DNA from: an uncultured Planctomycetia bacterium
GTDB taxonomy: Bacteria > Omnitrophota > Gorgyraeia > 2-02-FULL-51-18
Length of the DNA: 64,000 nucleotides
Direction: 5' to 3'
Assembly (NCBI GenBank): GCA_964606485.1
Contig: CAZSGP010000002.1
Span: 10,766 to 74,765 of the forward strand
Numbering within the stretch: the first letter of the stretch is position 1; every line of letters starts with the position of its first letter. Of this stretch, positions 57,818-64,000 are shown piece by piece. The translations under genes were made by a program, and so were the position numbers. A model generated the notes under the pieces. It did not search any database, was not told where the DNA came from, and was given only the letters and a program-made list of their open reading frames with translations.

Positions 57818-58433
57818 TGTTTAGGGCCTTTATAATTTTTTCGTGCACCACTTGAATCGAATCGCTCTCTAAAATCGAAAGACGCTTAAAGCGCCGCGGT
57901 TCTTTTTTAGCAATGGCCAAATACCCCTTGCGAACCTTTTGGTGAAACAAAAACGCTTTCTTCTCCATCCGGTCCGCCGGCTTGTGACTCTTGGCTCGTT
58001 TCAATCCAATTTCGAGCGGCAGATCAAGAAATAAACTTAAAATTGGCTGAATGCCCTGCGTCGCTTTTTGCCCCAAGGACTCAATCCATTTTACATCTAC
58101 GCCCGCTCCATAACCTTGGTATGCGACTGTCGCATCAAGCCACCGGTCGCAGAGCACCATTTTCCCCGCTTTGAGCTGTGGCAAAATCACTTCTTCAACC
58201 AGCTGCGCGCGCGAGGCCATGTAGAGCAGCGTCTCAACGGTCGGCGTCATGGATTTATTTTTATTATCCAACAAAATCTGGCGAATCCCATCCCCAATGG
58301 CCGTGCCACCCGGTTCGCGCGTCAAAAAAACGGGAACGCCCTTCTTCTTCAGATAATCTTGAAGAAGCTTTATCTGAGTGCTTTTTCCGGCGCCTTCGTT
58401 GCCTTCGAGAGTAATTAAGAGGCCTTTACCCAA
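57807..58433 (-). CDS. tmk: Thymidylate kinase
   Basis: 208 aa; ITLEGNEGAGKST P-loop, DRW lid region. Confidence 0.92.
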   Translation of the reverse strand: MGKGLLITLEGNEGAGKSTQIKLLQDYLKKKGVPVFLTREPGGTAIGDGIRQILLDNKNKSMTPTVETLLYMASRAQLVEEVILPQLKAGKMVLCDRWLDATVAYQGYGAGVDVKWIESLGQKATQGIQPILSLFLDLPLEIGLKRAKSHKPADRMEKKAFLFHQKVRKGYLAIAKKEPRRFKRLSILESDSIQVVHEKIIKALNNVL

Positions 58434-59812
58434 TTGGTGCTCCCGTCCTTGTTGTCCTGCGCCTTCAATTGATACTGCCCCAGCATTTTACTCCGCACGG
58501 CGTCCTTTAGAGGGAAATCTTTCGTTTGCTTCGCTCGATCATAGTCGGCCATGAGCGCTTTAACTTCCGCGCCACCATCAATCTTCGCGTCTTGAAATGA
58601 CAATCCAAGTATCCCGGACAGGACTGATAGTTTTGTTCGCAGCGCCTCTTTTTTAGTTTTAGAATCCGCTTTCCATCCAGCATCCACAAGCTCATGCAGA
58701 ACGCTGATGGCTTGAGGGGTATTAAAATCATCGTCCATCGCAGCTTTAAATTTCAATTCAAAAGCTTCGGCCGTCTCGTCAGCGCCGGCACCACTAGCCG
58801 ATCCTTCGGCTTGCGTCATCCAGTAATTTACAAATCGCTCGCGAACCGATTTTTCCATTTCCATTTTTTTGGGACTGTAATCCAGCGGCGCGCTGTAGTG
58901 CGTTCCTAAAAATAAAAACTTAAGCTCTTCGATGCCAGATTCGCTGTATTTTTCTTTGATCGTATTTAAGCTGATAAAATTCTTAAGCGACTTTGACATT
59001 TTCTGCTCATTGATCGTAATGAGCCCATGATGAATCCACGTATTTGCAAACCGACTCCCTGTCACACACTCGCTCTGCGCAATTTCATTCTCATGATGCG
59101 GGAAAATGAGGTCGCGACCGCCGCCGTGAATATCAAACGTCTCGCCCAAATATTTCATGCTCATCGCCGAGCATTCGATATGCCACCCCGGCCGACCCTT
59201 ACCCCAAGGACTATCCCAGTAAGGCTCTCCCTCTTTCACGCTTTTCCACAGCGCAAAATCAAGCGGGCTTTTCTTTTTTTCATTTTTTTCGATGCGCACA
59301 TTTTGCATCATCGCTTCTTTTTGTTGATGCGAAAGCTTGCCGTAGCCTTGGAAGGCATTCACGTCAAAGTAAACATCACCGCCGGCAGCGTAGGCCGAAC
59401 CTTTTTCGAGGAGCTTCGTGATCAACCACTGCATGTCCGGAATGTGTCCCGTCGCTCTTGGCTCAACCGTCGGCGCCTGGATTCCGAGGGCTTCTAAATC
59501 TTTTTTATAGAGAACGTGGTATTTCTCGGAAACAGCACTCACCTCGGCAAGCAAATCAGAGGGCTTTGACTCTTTCGCCTTTTCGATGATCTTATCGTCC
59601 ACATCGGTGACGTTTCGGATAAACGTAACTTTATAGCCACTGTATTCCAAGTAGCGGCGCATCACCTCAAAACAATACGCCGAACGCAAGTGCCCGATAT
59701 GTGGCTCGTCGTAAACCGTCGGCCCGCAAACGTACATCTTCACTTCGCCCGACTTAATTGGCTTTAATTCTTCTTTTTGCTTCGTTAGCGAGTTATAGAT
59801 TTTTAATGGCAA
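58415..59812 (-). CDS. cysS: Cysteinyl-tRNA synthetase
   Basis: 465 aa; HIGH (PHIGHLRS) and KMSKS motifs. Confidence 0.93.
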   Translation of the reverse strand: MPLKIYNSLTKQKEELKPIKSGEVKMYVCGPTVYDEPHIGHLRSAYCFEVMRRYLEYSGYKVTFIRNVTDVDDKIIEKAKESKPSDLLAEVSAVSEKYHVLYKKDLEALGIQAPTVEPRATGHIPDMQWLITKLLEKGSAYAAGGDVYFDVNAFQGYGKLSHQQKEAMMQNVRIEKNEKKKSPLDFALWKSVKEGEPYWDSPWGKGRPGWHIECSAMSMKYLGETFDIHGGGRDLIFPHHENEIAQSECVTGSRFANTWIHHGLITINEQKMSKSLKNFISLNTIKEKYSESGIEELKFLFLGTHYSAPLDYSPKKMEMEKSVRERFVNYWMTQAEGSASGAGADETAEAFELKFKAAMDDDFNTPQAISVLHELVDAGWKADSKTKKEALRTKLSVLSGILGLSFQDAKIDGGAEVKALMADYDRAKQTKDFPLKDAVRSKMLGQYQLKAQDNKDGSTNWVKAS

Positions 59813-59820
59813 GATTCGGA

Positions 59821-60552
59821 CTAACTCTTATGCTTTTTGACTTTTTCGGAGATCCCAAAATCTTTCAGCTCTCCTTCAATTTTATCAATTTCATGCTGAA
59901 ACTTCTCAAGCGCCTGGGTGAGCGGGTCGGGTAGGTTTGTGTGATCCAAGTTAATTCCAAAAACTTTTTTACCTTCGCGACTCGTAATCCTCCCAGGGAC
60001 CCCCACAACCGTCGAGTGAGCCGGAACGTCCCGCACGACGACTGCGTTGGCTCCTACACTCACGTTGTCACCAATATGAATATCCCCCAAAACTTTTGCG
60101 CCTGCCCCCACCACAACGTTATTTCCGAGTGTCGGATGACGCTTTCCTTTTTGCTTTCCCGTTCCACCAAGCGTCACCCCTTGAAACAGCGTCACGTTAT
60201 TGCCAATCACCGCCGTTTCGCCGATCACAACCCCCATGCCGTGATCAATAAAAAGTCCTCTGCCGATTTTGGCGCCCGCATGAATTTCAATCCCCGTCAA
60301 AAACCGGGCCATCTGCGATATAACTCGGGAAATAAAAAGAAATTTTACTTTGTAAAAAAAACGTGAGACGCGGTAAAAAAATATCGCGTGAAGCCCGGGG
60401 TAAGTCAGAATAACCGCAAGCTTCCCCGTTGCCGCCGGATCACGCTCAAGAGCAGCATGGATCTCGTCTTTAAAGAAAATGCTGTAGAGAAAAACTTTCG
60501 TGACAACAATCACGAGAATAAGAGCTGTGATATTTAAAATTAGGTTTGTCAC
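59821..60552 (-). CDS. cysE: Serine O-acetyltransferase (short, Bacillus-type) with hydrophobic N-terminal leader
   Basis: 243 aa; left-handed beta-helix hexapeptide repeats FIDHGMGVVIGETAVIGNNVTLFQGVTLGG. Confidence 0.88.
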   Translation of the reverse strand: MTNLILNITALILVIVVTKVFLYSIFFKDEIHAALERDPAATGKLAVILTYPGLHAIFFYRVSRFFYKVKFLFISRVISQMARFLTGIEIHAGAKIGRGLFIDHGMGVVIGETAVIGNNVTLFQGVTLGGTGKQKGKRHPTLGNNVVVGAGAKVLGDIHIGDNVSVGANAVVVRDVPAHSTVVGVPGRITSREGKKVFGINLDHTNLPDPLTQALEKFQHEIDKIEGELKDFGISEKVKKHKS

Positions 60553-61019
60553 TTTTTGACACTCGCTACTGCGAAGCAGGCGATCGCTTGTTTTTTGCCG
60601 ATAGCACCGAAACCTTCATTGGTTTTGGCCTTAAGCCCCACATTTTCTATTTCAATCCCTAGCAGTTTAGCAACATGCGCGCGGATAGAGTCCTTAAATG
60701 GACCGAGCTTTGGCTCTTCAGCGACAAGGGTTGCATCCACATTTTGAAGTTTCATTTTTTTCCGTTTCAATTCTTTGATCGCGGCTTCCACAAAAATCCG
60801 GCTGTCTGCATTTTTATAGCGCGGGTCGGTATTAGGAAAGAATTCGCCAATGTCCCCAAGACCCGCAGCGCCCAAAATAGCATCCGTCAGCGAATGCAAG
60901 AGCACGTCTGCGTCAGAGTGGCCTACTAGCCCTTTTGAGTGCGGAATTTGAACCCCGCCCAAAATCAATTTTCGCCCTTTTTTAAGCGCGTGAATGTCGT
61001 AACCGATGCCAACGTTCAA
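60549..61019 (-). CDS. ispF: 2-C-methyl-D-erythritol 2,4-cyclodiphosphate synthase
   Basis: 156 aa; GIGYDIHAL ... HSDADV motifs. Confidence 0.93.
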   Translation of the reverse strand: MNVGIGYDIHALKKGRKLILGGVQIPHSKGLVGHSDADVLLHSLTDAILGAAGLGDIGEFFPNTDPRYKNADSRIFVEAAIKELKRKKMKLQNVDATLVAEEPKLGPFKDSIRAHVAKLLGIEIENVGLKAKTNEGFGAIGKKQAIACFAVASVKK

Positions 61020-61695
61020 AGAATTCTAAATCCTCCGGAGTGGTTATTTTAATGTTTTTTGGGTCTCCCGTCACGACATTCACTACCTGAGAGCTGCCGT
61101 CAAAAAGAGCGGCTTCATCCGTCGCCTGGAAAGCCTTCTGTCCAAGGGTCTTGTAGCGTTTAACTAGAATCTCTTTCTTGAAGACCTGTGGCGTTTGCGC
61201 CAAATATAACGAATCCCGGTTTTCGGTTTTAATCACACGTCTCGTCTTTAAATTCACCCGCTTCACCGTTGCTGTGGCGGGTAGCGCGCAAAGAGCACCT
61301 CCCGACCGAAGCGCTTCTTCAATCGTCCGCTGGACAACCGGTCCCGAAATGAGCGGACGCGCCGCATCGTGAACCGCTACCCAAGCGCAGGACGGCGACA
61401 CTGCCTGTAGCGCATTCCAGACCGATTCCGCACGAGTCGCTCCTCCCACCGCAAGATCAGCAGAAATTTTAAATTTTTTTAAAAGCTTTTTTGCCTTCTC
61501 CATCATGGATGGGTCGAGCGCGACAATCATTTGAAAAAAAGGATACGCTTTTTTGAGGGCGAAGAGCGTGTGAATAAAAAGAGGCTTCCCCGCAACCTCG
61601 ACAAAGGCCTTGGGTGTTTTCTGTTTAAGACGAGTTCCGCGGCCGGCGGCAGGAATAATGGCCGCGACGGTATACTTAGCCATCGAGCTTCGCAA
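60982..61695 (-). CDS. ispD: 2-C-methyl-D-erythritol 4-phosphate cytidylyltransferase
   Basis: 237 aa; AAIIPAAGRGTRL motif. Confidence 0.9.
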   Translation of the reverse strand: MRSSMAKYTVAAIIPAAGRGTRLKQKTPKAFVEVAGKPLFIHTLFALKKAYPFFQMIVALDPSMMEKAKKLLKKFKISADLAVGGATRAESVWNALQAVSPSCAWVAVHDAARPLISGPVVQRTIEEALRSGGALCALPATATVKRVNLKTRRVIKTENRDSLYLAQTPQVFKKEILVKRYKTLGQKAFQATDEAALFDGSSQVVNVVTGDPKNIKITTPEDLEFFERWHRLRHSRA

Positions 61696-62674
61696 AAATC
61701 ATTCGACCCGCGGCGGTTTGCAATACCGAGGTCACGGTTACTTTTTGCAGCATCCCCAGAGATTTGCGCGCATTGTCCACCACCACCATGGTGCCGTCGT
61801 CCAGGTAGCCAATGGCTTGATTGGGCTCTTTGCCTTCTTTCACAAGCTTCACGTCCATGGTTTCATTGGGAAGAATCACAGGTTTTAAGGAGTTAGCCAG
61901 CTCATTAATATTTAAAATTGTGACGCCCTGAAACTCGGCAACTTTGTTCAAGTTATAATCGTTGGTCAGCACGCGCCCGCCCAGCAGCTTCGCGAGCTTC
62001 ACCAATTTTTCGTCAACCGATGAAATTTCCGGAAAATCCTCTTCGTGAATGCGCACGCTTAAGTTTTGCGCTTTTCTAAGCTTATTCAAAACATCCAAGC
62101 CTCTCCGGCCCCTGACGCGCTTGAGTGAGTCTTGCGAGTCCGCCACCTGCTGCAGCTCTTTGAGCACGAACCGAGGGATCACAATCCGCCCTTCTAAAAA
62201 CTTCGTCTGACAAATATCATAGATGCGGCCATCGATAATAACGCTGGTATCAACAAGCAGCACAGCATCTTTCTGATCCTGACGATCGAATTTGATGTAC
62301 GGGATGATTAAATTAAATTCGTCACGACCGCGCATCGAAAAAACCATTCCAAGATAGGACAGCACTAAAACTAACACTAGTTTGATGGCGCCCTTCAAAG
62401 CATGATCAAGCTCAGGAATCAAATCAATAGCGCCCACTAAAAAATTGCAAACAATCAGCGACAGAATAAGCCCAAACACCGCCGCAGACAGGCCTCTGAG
62501 AGAGACTTTACCAAGCGCGTGCTCCAAAAGAACAATGGAGCTGGACCCTCCGGCGCCAATCAAACCGCCGATCAAACCCTGGTAGGTTCCAAAACCGTAA
62601 AAGGCGCAACCCAACTGAAATCCAACAATCGTGCTGATCAGGATAAAAAGTGATCGAATAAATCCAAATGTCAT
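61676..62674 (-). CDS. yacL: Membrane-anchored PIN + TRAM domain protein (YacL-like)
   Basis: 332 aa; N-terminal TM helices, PIN domain (LLVDTSVIIDGRI), C-terminal TRAM; Bacillus-like yacL-ispD-ispF synteny. Confidence 0.75.
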   Translation of the reverse strand: MTFGFIRSLFILISTIVGFQLGCAFYGFGTYQGLIGGLIGAGGSSSIVLLEHALGKVSLRGLSAAVFGLILSLIVCNFLVGAIDLIPELDHALKGAIKLVLVLVLSYLGMVFSMRGRDEFNLIIPYIKFDRQDQKDAVLLVDTSVIIDGRIYDICQTKFLEGRIVIPRFVLKELQQVADSQDSLKRVRGRRGLDVLNKLRKAQNLSVRIHEEDFPEISSVDEKLVKLAKLLGGRVLTNDYNLNKVAEFQGVTILNINELANSLKPVILPNETMDVKLVKEGKEPNQAIGYLDDGTMVVVDNARKSLGMLQKVTVTSVLQTAAGRMIFAKLDG

Positions 62675-62678
62675 CGAA

Positions 62679-63434
62679 TTAATACCTCTTCAACAACTTC
62701 CACGGATGCGCCTTAATGTCCTCTGAAAATGCTTCCAAATTCTTGGCAATTTTGTCTTCCGTGAGAAGTTTTCCGACAGTCCCCTCACCGTTCTTCAATC
62801 GAGCCAACACAATTTTGGCGGAAGCCGCGGCGTCTTTTAAATCTTCGCTCACCTGCACAAAATTCTTCGCGACAACGCTTGCGTTTCCAAAGGTGCTGTC
62901 CGCATTCACAAAAGTGCCTTTTGCGGCCTTCTTAAAATCGGGATCTGACACAACCTGATTCACATGATCTATCGCGTCTTCCATTTTGGCGATCAATCGA
63001 CTACCGGATTCGGCCAAATCGGAAACCACGGAGGACCGACTCCCTACAAGCAGCCCGTTTTTATCAATTGCGGGCTTTCCGCTTTGACCGGGATTAATTT
63101 CAACGTACTTTTCACCCAAGAGACCCAGCGAGCTAATGCGCACCTGAGAATCTTCATCGATCACGACCTCGCGGTTGATGCGGGCCATGAGCTCAATCTG
63201 AGTTCTACCATCCTGACTGCGAACGATGTTGGTGGCAGTAATTTTACCGACATTCACACCCGCCAAACGCACGGGCGCGCCGGTTTCGATCCCGGAAACA
63301 AAATCAAATAAAAACCGGACGTCATAGCCCGGCTTCCAATAAAAATCTCCGGCCTTCGCCACCAAAACGGTGAGCGCCACCAGCGCCACCACCACAAAGA
63401 TACCAACTTTTAATTCAAAATTTTCTGTCTTCAT
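62679..63434 (-). CDS. mlaD: MCE-domain protein MlaD (phospholipid ABC transporter periplasmic component)
   Basis: 251 aa; N-terminal TM anchor then MCE domain (PVRLAGVNVGKI). Confidence 0.85.
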   Translation of the reverse strand: MKTENFELKVGIFVVVALVALTVLVAKAGDFYWKPGYDVRFLFDFVSGIETGAPVRLAGVNVGKITATNIVRSQDGRTQIELMARINREVVIDEDSQVRISSLGLLGEKYVEINPGQSGKPAIDKNGLLVGSRSSVVSDLAESGSRLIAKMEDAIDHVNQVVSDPDFKKAAKGTFVNADSTFGNASVVAKNFVQVSEDLKDAAASAKIVLARLKNGEGTVGKLLTEDKIAKNLEAFSEDIKAHPWKLLKRY

Positions 63435-64000
63435 GCGAACTCTTTTCTCCCTTTATTATAGCATCCGTGATCGGCCCAGAAGCCGACCCGTTGATAAATT
63501 GCTGAACCACTGGATCTTTTGAATTTCGAATATCATCGGGCGTCCCAATGTGAATGATTTTCCCCTGGTACATCATGGCAATTCGGGTCGCAATTTTATA
63601 AGCGCTGACCATGTCGTGCGTCACAACGAGCGACGTCACTTTTAATGTTTCGTTGTCATGAAGCCGGACAATGAGATCATTGATCGCGTCGGCCATAATC
63701 GGATCAAGTCCGGTGGTTGGTTCGTCGTACAACAAAATTTCGGGGCGCATACAGATCGCACGCGCTAGCGCGACACGCTTTTTCATGCCGCCGGAGAGTT
63801 CGGAGGGCTTCATTTCCTGAATACCCTTAAGCCCTACAAGCTCCAAAGATTCCTCCACGCGTTCGTAAATTTCTTTTGGTTTCATGCTGGTGTGTTCAAT
63901 CAAATTAAAACCCACATTTTCACCCACCGTCATCGAATCAAACAATGCCGCGCCCTGAAATAGCATCCCAAAACGCATGCGCAGTTGATTGAGTTCTTTG
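63415..64000 (-). CDS. mlaF: Phospholipid ABC transporter ATP-binding protein MlaF, partial (N-terminus beyond window end)
   Basis: ABC signature LSGGMKKRVALARA, Walker B LLYDEPTTGLDP, H-loop; the frame stays open to the window edge. Confidence 0.85.
   Translation of the reverse strand, partial: KELNQLRMRFGMLFQGAALFDSMTVGENVGFNLIEHTSMKPKEIYERVEESLELVGLKGIQEMKPSELSGGMKKRVALARAICMRPEILLYDEPTTGLDPIMADAINDLIVRLHDNETLKVTSLVVTHDMVSAYKIATRIAMMYQGKIIHIGTPDDIRNSKDPVVQQFINGSASGPITDAIIKGEKSSHEDRKF

Noticed and set aside
59821-60552. Hydrophobic 20-aa N-terminal extension of CysE (MTNLILNITALILVIVVTKVF) as a possible membrane anchor
   Set aside because: It overlaps the ispF 3' end and an internal GTG (…LVIVVTK…) would give a Bacillus-length CysE, so the extension is more likely start-codon over-calling than a real TM segment. 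It cannot be resolved from sequence alone.
1-64000. CRISPR arrays, IS elements, transposases, toxin-antitoxin pairs, prophage remnants
   Set aside because: No direct-repeat/spacer periodicity, terminal inverted repeats or transposase-like ORFs are seen. Every ORF longer than 150 aa is assignable to a housekeeping or envelope function, and the gaps are too small to hide such elements.

Overview
This 64-kb window reads as a very gene-dense stretch of bacterial core genome from a Gram-negative-type organism (LPS, Lpt, Mla and type IV prepilin peptidase genes are present). Every one of about 62 protein-coding genes I can support lies on the minus strand. About 99% of the window is coding, and neighbouring genes frequently abut or overlap by 1-70 nt. 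Only six intergenic gaps exceed 40 bp; one more (55346-55389) is actually the N-terminal coding sequence of iscS.

Gene content, from high to low coordinates:
- mlaF/mlaD, then yacL-ispD-ispF-cysE-cysS-tmk-holB-metG-iscS-tatD.
- A CPBP protease, then thiL-tsaE-tsaB-alr.
- An ilvB-ilvN-ilvC-leuA operon with a recognisable promoter and terminator.
- aroE-pilD-aroC-aroK, then dprA-[thiS-like::topA]-xerC.
- A contiguous LPS biogenesis supercluster at about 18.9-37.0 kb: waaA, lpxK, an LpxL-like acyltransferase fused to an ELM1/DUF1022-like domain, a GT4-GT9 fusion, a CE4 deacetylase, a GT9, a tandem double-GT9, a secreted DUF3108 protein, then hldA-kdsB-pyrG-kdsA-kdsD-kdsC-lptC-lptB.
- hpf-tig-clpP, a serA plus class-V aminotransferase pair, purA, uppS-cdsA-dxr-rseP, apt, an MTAN-family nucleosidase, proS, then nusA-infB-trpS-scpA-scpB.

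No tRNA, rRNA, CRISPR array, transposase or prophage gene is detectable.

The most unusual observations are:
- An in-frame ThiS-like ubiquitin-fold domain (ending GGG) fused ahead of topoisomerase I.
- Several multi-domain fusions in the lipid A/core pathway.
- A perfect palindrome sitting in the spacer of the promoter upstream of the heptose-kinase/Kdo/Lpt operon.
- A cysteine desulfurase whose conserved N-terminus lies upstream of any canonical start codon.

All identifications come from reading motifs in the supplied translations and DNA by eye; no database search was run.
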